From NCBI GenBank assembly GCA_964658305.1, contig OZ210885.1:14508001-14572000 (forward strand): a stretch of DNA of 64,000 bases. Reading direction: 5' to 3'. Of the stretch, positions 12,296 through 25,426 are shown piece by piece. Source of the stretch: Leptogorgia sarmentosa (Eukaryota). A program made the translations under genes and the position numbers. Each line of letters starts with the position of its first letter. Position 1 is the stretch's first letter. The notes below the pieces were generated by a model, which made no database searches, had not been told where the DNA came from, and worked only from the letters and a program-made list of their open reading frames with translations.

Positions 12296-12441
12296 TTAAG
12301 ATATTTTTGTATTTTCCTTCAACTTTCCTTTATTTTTCTAGAATTTCCTTCAAATTTCCTTCAAAAATTATTTCCTTTTTATTTCCTTCATTTTGCCAAA
12401 ACATCCTTTCAAAAGGAAATTTCCTTCAAAATGGAAGCACT
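12296..12441 (-). mobile_element. Left end of a second hAT-family copy in reverse orientation, interrupted by the DIRS element
   Basis: Reverse complement reads CAGTGCTTCCATTTTGAAGGAAATTTCC... with repeated GAAGGAAA motifs, collinear with 12494-12635. Confidence 0.75.
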
Positions 12442-12493
12442 GTTAATAGTTCAATGGTCACAATACTCTTAATCTTCTCATATGCATCTATTT

Positions 12494-15400
12494 CAGCGCT
12501 TCCACTTTGAAGGAAATTTCCTTTTGAAAGGAAATTTTCGAAGAATGAAGGAAATTTGAAGGAAATAAATTTTGAGGGAAATATGAAGGAAATTTTGGAA
12601 GAACAAAGGAAATTCGAAGGAAAATGTAAAATATCGCGAAAATTAACGATATTCAGTATATTTTCAAAAATAAACGTGAAATGAGCCTCAATCTGATTAG
12701 AATTTAAACAAAAGTAGAAATTGTAGAATCTATATTCAGTGATCTTGCTAGAAAAAGCCCCCAAACCATAGAATTTATTAATTTAGTCTGAAGACTGGGG
12801 CTGATACTTCGTGCAGTGTCAATATTATGAAAATAATTGCATAAATCATTATTCCTTCCACGCTTCATCAATTATAAACTGTGTTCGTTCTAACAATTAA
12901 AAACAAAGTGATTCTTCGGATTTTCCTTACGGACAAAAAAAATGTGAAAATAAACACGCAAGCATTACAGCACGGGCATTATGGCTTGACCGAGCAAATT
13001 TTCAAAAAGTAAGACATGGATAGCGACGATTTATTGTCTTCCGAAAATAGTGACCTGGATGAGGTAGAAAGCTATGGCCGAATGGGCGAAAAAGCAACAA
13101 CGTCAACGACAATGTCTAGAAAACGTAAATGTCCACCTCGGGATCAACCCTTTATGGACAATTGGCTAACGATTCCTGAGTTTAAAGGTTGGCTAGTGAA
13201 GAAACTGCACAGTAAAAAAATGAAACCGTATTGTAGCCTTTGAGAAAGTACTGACCTGCTCGAAAACTGGAATCAAACGCCATGAAATTAGTAAACGGCA
13301 CCAAGATAAGGCCAAAACAACAAAAACAACGACCACACTCCGCCAAGTGTTCAATCAAATGACAACTGATGATGCGACAACCACTATAGAATTAAAACTG
13401 TGTGCATTCATTGCACAGCACAATCTCCCATTGTCCCTTTCTGACGACATGGTTGAATTGCTTCGATCCCTTTTTCCTAATGATGCCACACTAAAAAGAG
13501 TCAAACTTGGAAAACAGAAAGCGACGAACATTGTCCGTCAAGTTCTTGGATTTGACTATTTGAAGGAATTGGTTTCGTTGTTGCGTAGTCGCTTTTTTAG
13601 CGTGATTATCGATGAAGCCACCGACCAAAGCACTAAAAAGCAGCTTGCGATTGTTGCCACCTTCTTTGATATGGGGAGATTCGAAATGCAATACTGGTTG
13701 GTCGACATGCTGGAAACGGATGATGGAAGTGCAAAGGGCATTTACTCTAAGATGAAAGAGGCATTTAGCAACATGAATATTCCAATGAGTAACATCATTG
13801 GTTACTCGTCTGACACAACCAACGTTATGTTTGGACAGTACAACTCAGTCGTACAGCTCCTAAAATCTGAATTTAGCTACGTTCAAGCAGTAAAATGTTC
13901 TTGCCATTTGATCCATCTGGTATCCTCTCACGCAGCATCCAAATTACCGAAAAGCGCCGAAGATCTGTGCAGAGATGTATATGCACATTTTCATCGTTCT
14001 TCGAAAAGGCAGGATGTTTATCGAGAATTCCAGGCTTTTTACGGTACTGAGCCACTTAAGCTGTTATCTCCTGCACAAACACGTTGGCTTTCCTTACAAG
14101 AATGCGTAAATCGTATCCTTGAGCAATACGTTGCCTTGAAGAATTATTTTATCTTAACAGCAAATGAAGATCCGTCGCACACCAACGACCGTATTTTGGC
14201 ATCGCTTCAAAATCCTTTCTTTCAAGCTTATTTGGAATTTCTTAGTTTCCAGCTTGAACGATTCAACGCCTTCAATCGGCTATTTCAGAGTGAAAGACCA
14301 CTCCTTCACAATTTAAAAATTGAGGTGGAGGGTCTTTTGAAAGCAATTGCTAGCGACTTCATGCAGCTCTCAATTGTGAAGAAGACGAAAGCAGAAGATT
14401 TGGATCCAACAGATGTTCAACAACACGTCCCTCTACGCCAGACGTATCTTGGAATGGGAGCCACGACTTCTCTTCGTGAGATCGAAGCCAGTGCACAAGA
14501 AGAGGAGGTCAACAAGTTCTTAACAACCTGCAAAGACTTTCTCATTGAAAGCATACTGCAGATCAAAAGCAAGTTTGATTTAAACGCGGAATACCACGAC
14601 ATAGTGCAATGCCTTCATCCTTCCAACGCTGCTAATCTCAACCCTCGTTCACTGGCAATCATTTGCCAGAAGCTGCCTTATCTGAGCAACGCGGTTGACA
14701 CAAACAACCTGGATGTAGAATGGAGATTACACGCACTGGATGAGAAAGTCAGCGAAGCTCTTCCCTTCAATGAGTACTGGTTAGCCATACGTAATGCCAA
14801 AATACCAACAGGAGAAGCCAAGTACCCCAATCTCATCAAATTCATCACCATTCTTTTCTCTTTGCCCTTCGCTAATGCTGCAGTGGAAAGAGTTTTCAGC
14901 CAGTTAAAATTAGTGAAAACAGATCACAGAAACTCGTTGAAGTCGACATCTTTGGTCTCATTGCTCCAAAGTAAAATGAGCTTGGAAAATCGGCACGTTA
15001 CTGGAGCTAGCTTGAAGCCTAGCAAGGACGTATTGCAACTTGCCAAAGATATGCAATCCAATGCTACTGAGAATCAAGTGATAGAGCTAAGAAAGGACTT
15101 TCTTAGCAAACTCTCTTGATTACGTGCGTCAAGATAAATACACTTTTTCTGTCCGCCCAGTAAAGGATAATAAACTCACTATTTACTGAAAAGGAATTTT
15201 GGTCTCATGAAAACACAGTATCGTGGACTCATTCATGTAGCTAACTACTAGCCACGCAGTATTTCAGTTTGTGTTGCATTTTCCAAACAACAGAAAAGTT
15301 TCATATTTTTCAAAAATATCATGTTTTGTTATGTTCATATTGATTATTGTAATTCTTACTGGAGATATAAGGTAATTCCAATGACGTCATTCTGTTTGTT

Positions 15401-15648
15401 GGTCTTTGGTTTGTCTAGCTTATTGGCAGGGAAATAAAGTCATAGTCTGTCTTTAATGGGCAGTGATAAAATCATAAAATTAAATTGAACATCCACATGA
15501 ATATTCTGCTCAGGTAAGACTACTTTGGAGAATATTCAACATGATTTCATTAAATTATTTGAAGGAAATTTCACAATTTTTTGAAGGAAATTTTCGTAAA
15601 AATAAGGAGAAAAAAAGGATTTTTCGGTTTTTGAAAGTGGAAGCACTG
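12494..15648 (+). mobile_element. Complete hAT DNA transposon with 8-bp TSD
   Basis: TIRs CAGCGCTTCCACTTT / AAAGTGGAAGCACTG. Identical 8-bp TSD ATCTATTT at 12486-12493 and 15649-15656. GAAGGAAAT subterminal repeats at both ends. Confidence 0.95.
13016..15119 (+). pseudogene. hAT transposase (BED-like zinc finger, DDE core, dimerisation domain) with a single frameshift near 13241
   Basis: YCSL / KVLTCSKTGIKRHEISKRH spans the frameshift. IIDEATD, SSDTT, CSCHLIHL, TRWLS and NAAVERVFSQL are hAT motifs in the 590-aa frame. Confidence 0.9.
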
Positions 15649-18215
15649 ATCTATTTGCAGCCGGTCCCGTTGTAACTCATTGGCATGTTGTGCAAGTAGC
15701 TTACATAGAGGGTTAGTCACCTCAGATAGATTTGGTGGAAACTTAGACAAATATGTGACCATTCCTAAAAAAGTTTCAAGCTCACCTCTAACTGTGGGTA
15801 ATTTCATGAATTGTACTGCTCTAATCTTAAAGGGGTCTGGTTTTAATCCTTTGTCAGTCAAGAGATGACAAAAATATTTCACCTCTGTAACTGCTACTTC
15901 TAATTTGTCCTTGTTAAATTTAATTCCCCTTTCTTTGGCCCTGATCAGGAGCTCATGTAATCTCTGATCATGTTCTTGCCTAGTTCTTCCGTGAACCACA
16001 ATATTATCAGCTATCAAAACCACACCTTTGAGATCTTCTGGACTCTGATCAAGTTTCATTTGAAACTCATCCCAAGAAGATTTTAACTCAAAAGCTAACC
16101 TTAAATACCTATATCTACCAAAAAGTGTATTAAATGTAGTAAGGACGACTGGTCAGTAAGCTCACAAGTCCAATAACCTGACTTGGCATCCAACTTTGTA
16201 AAAAAAATTGCATACTACAAACTCAGGTAAAATTTCTTGCAATGTTCTAGAGGGGTAATGGGGCCTCAAAATTGCAGCATTAAGATCTTTTGGATCTAGA
16301 CAGACTCTCAATTTATTTGAATCTGGCTTCTGTATTATAACTAACGAACTAACCCATTCAGTGGGTTCTGTAACCTTTATAATAATTCCAAGGGATTCCA
16401 TTCTTCCAGTCTTCCTTTAATCTACCTCTTAAGGCTATTGGGACTTTGCGCAGAGGATGTACAACTGGAGCCACTCTAGGGTCAGTTTGAATGCTACACT
16501 TCCCTTCAAATAATTCTATACCATTAAAAACATCTTTGTATTGATCTAAGATTAATTCCCTCGTTAATGACTTATGTTGGATATTTGTCTCAGTTCATGT
16601 GTATACAAGCTTAATCAATCCCTTAATCTGAGTATCTACTACATAAAATACAAGCGTAAGTATGCAAATGATTGCATACTTACCCTTTTGATGTACACAC
16701 TTTAAGTGGCAACACCCTAGTGATTCCAACTTATTGTTGTTATATGCTGTCAATATTTCTGTTCAAGGGAATCTATTTGCCCACCTAGGGACTTGGGCAT
16801 AATATTAACCTGTGATCCGGTATCTAATTTGAATTTAACTGATTTCTGCTTGGAACCTATTAAAAGTATGCAAAAGGCTTGATTATCAGGCTATTTGTGT
16901 CACATTGTATACAATCTATAATGAACTCATCATGGGATTGTAGTTCATTTTCGTTATAACATTCTACATCATGACCTTTTTAGAAAGGCATTTACTTGAA
17001 AAATGATTATATTTATTACACTGTTTCCCCTGTGCAGGGCATTAATCTGTTTTGGAATGCTTTCTACCATATCTCGAGCAATCTTGATTGCTTTGATTCC
17101 TCTGAATCTTCGATCTTCTGTTTTCATCTTAAATTCTTCTATCATCGCTCCTATTTTCATGTCTGGTTCTTTGTTGATGACGGTAGGGTTGTCCAGGTCG
17201 ATTAAGTTTTACTTTATTTATTCCAAGCACCTCTTGCTGTGACATCGTCTTCAACTGTTGCTGTGAATACTCGTACATCAGCTATCTGAACTGCTTTTTC
17301 GAGGGTGAGTTCGTCCCCTTTCAGACGATGTCCCGAACACTATACAGTCGTGTATCATTTTGTTAGCATTTGTGTACTCAGTCTTTTACTAAATTTTGTA
17401 GCTTAGTTATGAACTGTTTAATTGTTCCCCCAGCCTGAGTCTCTGTATTAAACTTATATCGAGCAAAGATAGGGTTGAGCTTCAGCTGAACATGCGCCTG
17501 ATATCGATCGTAATACTTTTGGAGTTTCTTCCAGGCCATCGCTATTTCTGCACCACTGCCATCTAAGTCTGTCCATGTTCCACATATTTCTCGGCCTTTA
17601 TTGCCTATCCAAAGCAACAGGTAGTTAACCTTTACTTCTTCGGATTTCTCTTTAAGGGGCCTGTCAAATATCAGCTCGACATGACTTTTGAATTTTTGCC
17701 ATTGCTCTGGCAAGTTCGTTGATTCCCAGTCGAAATTTGGCGTAGGGATTTTTTTTTAGGTTTTGTGATCCCAATCCTGACACCATTTATTATTTCTTGC
17801 ACCTAGCGACTTACTCTTGGCCAGATATTTATTCAAGTGCATAAATACAAAAAATAGGTACACAAAGTGTACATGTATCTGCACTCAGTGGTTGACTTGA
17901 CTAGGGTGGTGAGATTTGAATGTTTCTTGTTAAAGTATGTGCACAATCTAAAAACATTCAGACCATTCCGTACAACGAGCTGCTATTTACCTATCATTTC
18001 GTCTGAATACTTCGTAAACATGGTTTTTTATGTAATCGGTGAAACTCTTACTTTACCTAAATGAAACAAAGACGGGATGCTTATGTCGTTTACGCATGGC
18101 GTAGGATTTATTAAAATGGATTCTTTCCGAGATTGAAGATTGTTTGAATGTGAGACTATAGTGTAGTGATGAGATAACAGATTGAAGAAGGACAACAGAG
18201 AGAGATTGACAGTTT

Positions 18216-21200
18216 TGTTGTAAATCAGCCCCCAATTTTACTCACAACACAAATTCAGTGTACGAATATGAATATTATTCTTTCACAGTAATTTTCACGG
18301 TAGTTTTAACATAATGTTAACGTTTTCAACATGGTTTCACGTGCTTGCTCTCTGTTTTTTTTCCGACCCCCCACCGGTATATGCCGGACCATCCCGACCT
18401 AACTTTAACTGAACTAAATATATATAACAATGGTAATGTTAGGACATTTCCTACATTCTCCCCCATGTACATTGCGTGCAATGAATATGTTCCTTTAAAC
18501 CGTCAACTGTTTCCCGTAACCCAATTGCTAATAGTCCTCTATTTCTCGAATTCTTTCGCATGCTGCAACGGCTGCGTCCCTGGTTGGTCTGAAGACGTGC
18601 GCGTCTGGATTTAAATTTACCGACTGACTTGATACCGACTCGCCGCGATAGTTCCAGGGGATGCAAGTGATTTACCGCCCGTTCTAAAAAGGTCTTCCCA
18701 GCACGCAACTTCACTGCTCGCACGACGCCGTCTCGTCCCTGATACAACTCCTCGACAACACCGAGTGGCCATTTCCCTCTATTTCGCTCGTCGGACTGAA
18801 TTACCACGTCACCCTCCACTACGGTGAATGAACCCTTCTTGTGTTTCTGATTGTGTCGTTCTCTCGGGCCGTGTAGGTATTCATTAGACCACCTGCGCCA
18901 CATGGCGTCTTTACATTTGAGTAAATATCTCGCACGTTTCTGTAGGTCGACGTCTTGTAAGTGATGTGCCTCGAGTTCTGGCGCGAACGTTGTTCCCACG
19001 AATAGCATTGCATTGGGCTCTAGCAACCCTTCGCCGTTGATTTGCAGGTTTAGACACATCCGATCTTCTTCGATGTCACAATTGGATTGCGCTCGCCGTA
19101 TCCAGAAATTACGTTGCTTGTCAAGCTCAGCTGTAGTCAAATGCCCTTTTACCCGTTGGTCTCGATTCTGGACATTGTGTAGGAAACGCGACACCCACGC
19201 GCCGACTCTCGTGGTCTTGCTCAGGTTAAACTTGGTTAGGAGGTCATCGAAATTGTCATCCTTTTCTACGGCTGCGGCGAAGACGTTCCGAATAGCCTTC
19301 GCTTCTGCATCACTTTCCTTAGTGCCTCTAGTCGTAATGTCTGGAGGCCACTGCTTCTTGTCAGATAACCACTCTGGTCCGTCCCACCAAAGCTTGTTCT
19401 TTACTCCGCCACCTCTGCTCCCAAGGTCAGCAGGATTCTCATTCGTAGGCACGTGGTGCCACTGGATCTGCGGAAGGCTCTGGATCTTGCCAACCCGATT
19501 CGCCACAAACTGCTTGTACTCTCCTGCACCTCTTATCCAGTGGAGGGCGACGGTACTATCCAACCAACCATGGGAACTCATCACTGGGAATCCATCCAAG
19601 GCTTCGTGCACGTTACTCACTAGGTTTACGGCCATATGGGCGGACACGAGTTCCAACCGCGGAATCGTCAATCCTTGTTTGGCTAACCTGGACTTCGCTG
19701 CCACCAGACCCTGTGTCACCCCGGATGCTTGTCTAACAACGGCATAAACAACGCTTGACACGCCTCTGATGCTTGCGTCGCCGAAAGTGTGGAGCTCTAT
19801 CGAGTCGATATCTTCTTGATGCTTAGCCAATGTCCGTGCTGTTTATATTTTGCTCGGAAGTAGTCGCTCCCACCGAGACCACTTCGCCATCAGTTCCGTT
19901 GGCACAGGGACATCCCACGCAATCTTCCTTTCACACACTTCCTGATAAATGAATTTCCCTTGTAAGGTCTGCGGCGATGCAAAGCTTAAGGGGTCGTACG
20001 TCTTTGCTAGTGTTCGCAATATCCCTCGCTTAGTATCTGTAGTTCTCTCTTCAGGTACAACAACGCTTATCTCGTCATCACGTTTGTTCCAAAAGAGACC
20101 CAGAATACTCGAATCTCCTCCGTCTGGCGTCCCCAACTGCTGTTTGGCGAACGATTTCTCCCCCGTCGAGTTCACTGATGGTTCTTCAAGCTCAACGGCG
20201 TTAGAATGCCATTTATGTAAAGTAAAACCGGCATCTTTGAAGATCTGTGTAGCTTCTTGTTTCAACTGCCCTGCCTTTCGCACCGTCGACATACATGCTC
20301 TTACGAATCTCAGCCACTACATCAGGAGTACAGTCTTGCCACGATTCGAGATGCTTTTCAATCACCCCTCCCAACAAGAAGGGCGACGGCGCAAGGCTGA
20401 ATAAGGCTCTGGTGAATCTCAACGTTTCGACTTTTGACTCAATGCGTCTCGCTCTGCTTTCTCAATCCGGACTTGTAGAAATGCCTGCTTTAAATCCTCC
20501 ATCAGAGCTATTGGGTGGAATCGCATCCGCACCAGCACACTCCACAGTCGATTTTGAAGGGACGGTCCTGCGTTCAAACAATCGTTCAGACTAGGAGGAT
20601 TTGGATGCGCACGGGCTGACGCGTCGTATACAATACGAACTTTAGTCGTCTCAGCTGTATCTTTGACAACAGCCTTGTGTGGTATATAGAATTCGACACC
20701 ATCAGCTTCCTGATCAGCAACTTGAACAATGCCATCTGCCCTTTCTCAGAGTAGCTCTCGGCATTTCAGTTTGTCTCAGTTTTCGTTGTAGGTTTGCGAG
20801 TCATCTCAAACAACTGTTTCGATTGTTTGGAAGTGGCGGGTGGCTGCCCTTCCAAGGGAGGCCGGTCTCATACCAACCCTCGTCACTCCTGACCAGCTGT
20901 TCACGGAATTCGGCGTATACCTCTTGTTGGTCATATTTGGGTCTATCTTCCAGCCCTAATACATCGAGCCGACACAGGTCTTCGTAGTCTGTACAACTCG
21001 TCTGAGTTAGCAACATTTTCGAATGATCCAATTCTTTCCCTGGTGACATTATGGTCGACCCGAATTTAGTTTTCTCTGCAACAGGTTCTCCCGGTTTCCC
21101 AATACGAGGTGGTTCAGTTGTCTTGATCGCTGCGTAGTCGCTCGCTCCAAGGATCAGGTGGACAGGCAGAAAGGGCTTGGGATCATTATCTATCATGGTA

Positions 21201-23063
21201 ATTCTTTCCAGATGCTTAAATGACTGAATTAACTTTGTATACTGTGGATTGTCGACCGTAAACAGATTTCCGCGTTCGACTTTAGTAACCTCCACTCGCA
21301 ACTTCTCCTTTCCGTCGATAGACGCAACGCCCATTGTGGACAGAGTCACTTCCCGTGTTGTGGAACCGAGCATCATCTCAATCTTTCTCACTTCCTTTGT
21401 CTGTGATCGTTTCGGTAGTCTATCCAACAGGCCTGCCGAGGCGTAGGAGCTGCCCGCTCCAGTGTCCAGCAGGGCGCGACATTCAACACCTTCAACATTC
21501 ACATTCACTATTGGGTATATACCACGGAGTTGCTCCCTTGCTCAGGAGCTAATAGTTTCTCTCTTCATGTGCAAATTGATGTGTGATGCCTCTGATTGCA
21601 TCGTTGACAACCAGAGTTGCTCTTACATTCAGAAGCTCGATGCTTCGCTCCTGTGCAGTTGAAACAACCGTTTTGTTGCCAGAATCTTCTTTCTCTCGTT
21701 CACTTCTGCCACACTTGTACAGTCTCGAGATTTGTGATTGGTGTCATCACAATAAACACACCCATGCTTCTTTACACCAGTGTTAAAGACCTTGTCCTTT
21801 CGTCTCTTCTCTTTGCCACTCTCCTCAGTGCACGGATTAATGTCTCGCCATGTTCTCAATGCTTTAACCAACTGTGCCAAGCCCCAATCTTGCCATCCCT
21901 CTTGTCCCCTCACAATATTGCTCTTTATGCCAGGTAGTTTATCCAGAACGCTTCTTGCCATTCCGTTAACGCGCTCTAACTTGCCTAGAGTCTCTAGTGA
22001 TTGTACGTTATACAATAGAGTTTTGTAGAATTTATCTACTTCAATCGAGTTGGAATCCTTGACAACTGGTAACTGCAAGATATTCTGGACGTATGCATTT
22101 ACAATTTCACTTACTTTGCCATATTCACCTTCCAATATTGCTTTTGCTTGGGCATAACCTTCGGTCGTAAGGCGTAATCCGTCAATATCCGACCTTATTT
22201 TAGGCTCTACGAGTTCTTTCAAGTATGCAAACTTTGTAACCGGAGAAAGTTCAGCGCTGTCGATTTCCGCTATGAACTTATTCCAAAATGGCAGCCAATT
22301 TTCATATTTCCCATCGAAATTAGTAATAGCAAGTTTGGGTAGCTTTGTTGATACAGCTTTAGCATGACTCTGATTCCCTGCTTCCAATACCTTTTGAAAC
22401 TTTAATTTTTGTTCAAATAACTCTTGTTCTTGCCGCAGTTTTCGTTCGTGTTTTTCTTGTTCAAAGCGCAGTTCCCTTTTGTAAGTTTCATCTTTCTCAG
22501 ACGCCCGTGATTCCTTCTTAATTTCGCCTTTCACTTGCTGTAATTCTTGGACCGTTTGGTCGGCAGCTTTCAATTTTTCCTCGATACTACTTGCCCAGTT
22601 GGTAACTTCATCCTCCGATTCTTCTCCCTCAATTCTTTCTTCCTCACTTGCATTCTTCAATGTGTGACAAGCTTGTATTTTGGCAACTATCGCATTCTCG
22701 TGCCGGCATATCGCATCGCTGCTGTTCGATACAATTATTTCTTGGCTTCGTTTGACGGCAAATTCCAGTACACGCAACTTCCGATCAAGTTCCTTAACTC
22801 TAGCTTCCATAATCTCAATAAATCACAAGTTTTATTGTTAAATAATCACCTGTTTCAAGAGGGTTTTGTTCCCGTCTCGTTCGTAGCGTTGCCAGGTTCT
22901 TGCTCTTGTACGAGCGAATATCACGTAAATCCTGTGGTCGGAGGTGCCACTGTGTTGTAAATCAGCCCCCAATTTTACTCACAACACAAATTCAGTGTAC
23001 GAATATGAATATTATTCTTTCACAGTAATTTTCACGGTAGTTTTAACATAATGTTAACGTTTT
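18216..23063 (-). mobile_element. BEL/Pao LTR retrotransposon, internally deleted, 5' LTR truncated
   Basis: 3' LTR 18216-18455 preceded on the minus strand by a GGGGGAGAA polypurine tract. About 110 bp of the same LTR recur at 22953-23063, followed by a PBS-like TGGCACC. Gag (KLPKLAITNFDG), protease LLDTGAGSSY, RNase H LHTFGDAS...TIPRLEL and a C-terminal WPLGVVEEL..GRDG domain are present. Confidence 0.9.
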
Positions 23064-23365
23064 TACAAAAAACGTTATATGTTATGTTTAACAGATATAT
23101 ATTGTATTACGTATTGAGGAGCATGCAAGATATATAAGACAAGTTTACACTTGTTGTCATAATAGTGGTGGCTAATTTTTTTGAGCGAGTGGCTGTGAAA
23201 TGATAAATCGAAAATTTGTTTTGTTATCAATGTTGGTGGCTTTGAGAGAACAAAAACTATGTTTTTACACAATTGCTTTAACCATGGCAATCCATTTGTC
23301 CATATTGTGATTGGGTGACTTTGAAAAACAATGTGAGTCCAGATTTTTAAAAATTTTTTTGTCCA

Positions 23366-23796
23366 CAAATTTAAGAGGTAGTGTAGAAGCTGAAATTTGT
23401 ATACACAATATTGTATGCAGTAACAATGAGACAGTTGGTACTGAAATTGGTCACTGAAGTGAGTCAACTTTTTGCATGGGTACATTGATGATTCCTGGTG
23501 GACGTTGGGTGGATAATATATGAATTTGAAAGTATACTTCTAAATAATTTCTTTTATTCTGAAATAAAAAAGGGCAATTAATTTTTGAAAGACGTATTTT
23601 TTAGGGGAATCTCTTAAAATGCAAAATTATGGGGCATCTAGTCCTTATTACAATAATATAGCTAAGTAGTGAGGTTATTAGTTTTGCGATCATTATTCAA
23701 ATGTTTGATTTTTTTGCACACTGTCTCATTGTTACTGCATACAATAACGTACATACAAATTTCAAACTTCTAGAAAACACTATCTCTTAATTTTTT
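23366..23796. repeat. Degenerate inverted repeat (MITE relic)
   Basis: GTATGCAGTAACAATGAGACAGT near 23413-23435 is inverted as ACTGTCTCATTGTTACTGCATAC near 23720-23742, with weaker similarity extending outward. Confidence 0.6.
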
Positions 23797-24935
23797 GGGC
23801 AAAAAGAAATAAAAAAGATTTCATTTTTTCGTCATTTTTTCCTTTTTGCAGTACTTTTGAAGTTAATTAATCTTTTTGCCATGAAACGTTTCTCGCTTCT
23901 TTTGTGGTTTTTGGGATAGTATTTTCTTTAATCATTAGCTACTGGTCATATTCATCACTGCGTTCATATAACACGCATGAGAGCCTGAGGAAGATTCGGC
24001 TTTAAATCACATGCTCACGTGGTATGAACTATAATCACTGTGATTCTACAATTCAAATTTATAATAATTGTATAACATCACTTGAAACATTGATAGTCTC
24101 GAACACTAATAAAGGGAGATTATTCTGTTGTTTTGTTGATTAGTCAGTAATATTATATAGAAAAATATCAAAGAGATGCTTACTGCACATTCAAATTTCG
24201 CCACACGATAATCCTGTTCGACACTCACCATAATATAGCGACACTCACCAAATTTCTCTAATATCGCATGCGCCAACGCCATCTACTTTTCTATTTCCCA
24301 GCGGCAACTCATTGCTTCTTGCTTGTACAGCATCCATGTTGCGCAGCAGTATTCTTTCCAATACCACAGCACTATCCAGCATCCTGGTGCATGACGCATT
24401 TTCCAAGCGTTTGAGGGATTTTGCGAAATCAAACTGACCAGTCTGAGTGTAGGATCAGCACAGATACTCTTCTCGCAGGTTTCGCAGAACTTTGAAATCT
24501 TTTACGGACAGGCTCTCGCACTCAGCAAGTTGAAAGCTTTTTATAAGCGTGCCTCATGAGTCATTATAATAATTCTATAGAAATTGGCAACAAAAACAAA
24601 ATTCAGTGCTAATCCCCTTAGAAAGTACTTCCGCAAAGTGAGAAATCTCAGATAATATTTTTATTGGCTGTCATGATTAGAAAGATGAATACCAACATGC
24701 GAAAAGACCATGAGCATTAAACCTGTGTGTGAGGTCATGTTTTCCATAAAATCACCGAAGCCCTGGGCGAACTGGGAAACATTGTTGCGGAAACATTGTT
24801 TTCCAGTGCAGGCAAACCAGGATACAATGTTTCTGCAACAAATGTTTCCAAGGAGTAAACAGCGAAACATTTACAAACATAATTTTCATACTATAATAAC
24901 GCACAACACGAATTAATTTGTCAAGCCACCTATGC

Positions 24936-25426
24936 TGTTTGTTTCAAGGAAATTAATGCAAACAACAGGATTAACTGACAAAAGATGCGCTTGGACAATA
25001 GATCTATTTATGTTTTTTAAACTTTATATAATAACACTATATGACTCATTGCTCGGAAATATGGCTAAGTAACTATAATGTATAATAATACAGCTAATTC
25101 AAAATTTGGGGTTTGTTTTTCTATATTCTATATACCGGGCATATCTCGGGCATATCCAGCAAAACTGGAAATGAAAAAATACGTTTAGCTCCCCCTCAAG
25201 TCAAAACTGCCCTGTGTGATGCATGATATGCCCGAGGAATGATGACACGCTTACTTAAAATAGCCCATTTAATTTGGATTTTATTATTCTGTTAATTTTT
25301 CAAGCTATTTATGTTGTTTGTTTCAAGGCAATTAATGCAAACAACAGTCACAACAGGATTAACCGACAAAAGTGCGCTTGGACAATCGATCTATTTATGT
25401 TTTTGAAACCTTAAATAATAACACTA
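24936..25426 (+). repeat. Imperfect direct repeat of about 110 bp (about 24936-25048 and 25315-25426)
   Basis: TGTTTGTTTCAAGG.AATTAATGCAAACAACAG...GCGCTTGGACAAT.GATCTATTTATGTTTTT...AATAACACTA occurs twice. Confidence 0.8.

Larger units (their letters stand above)
12442..17785 (-). mobile_element. Decayed Ty3/Gypsy internal region (gag, protease, RT), interrupted by the hAT at 12494-15648
   Basis: PBS-like TGGTGTCAGGATTGG at 17785-17771. Gag-like 17713-16969. Protease VKFKLDTGSQVNI near 16839-16801. RT motifs WVSSLV, LRVCLDPKDLN, IADNIVVHG, FLGMVTYLSKF. The frame resumes across the hAT as ...LQIDAYEKIKSIVT at 12493-12442. Confidence 0.85.

Noticed and set aside
18216..18331. BEL element with unusually short (about 115 bp) LTRs
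   Set aside because: The polypurine tract places the 3' LTR start at 18455, so the LTR is about 240 bp and the 5' copy is simply truncated. No TSD is found.
19013..19747. 244-aa plus-strand ORF and similar antisense ORFs over TE genes
   Set aside because: Shadow frames of the BEL pol and other TE ORFs with no recognisable motifs.
24758..24872. GGAAACATTGTT-type repeats as a regulatory array
   Set aside because: Looks like a fragment of a common MITE end; there is no partner end or TSD to support a firm call.
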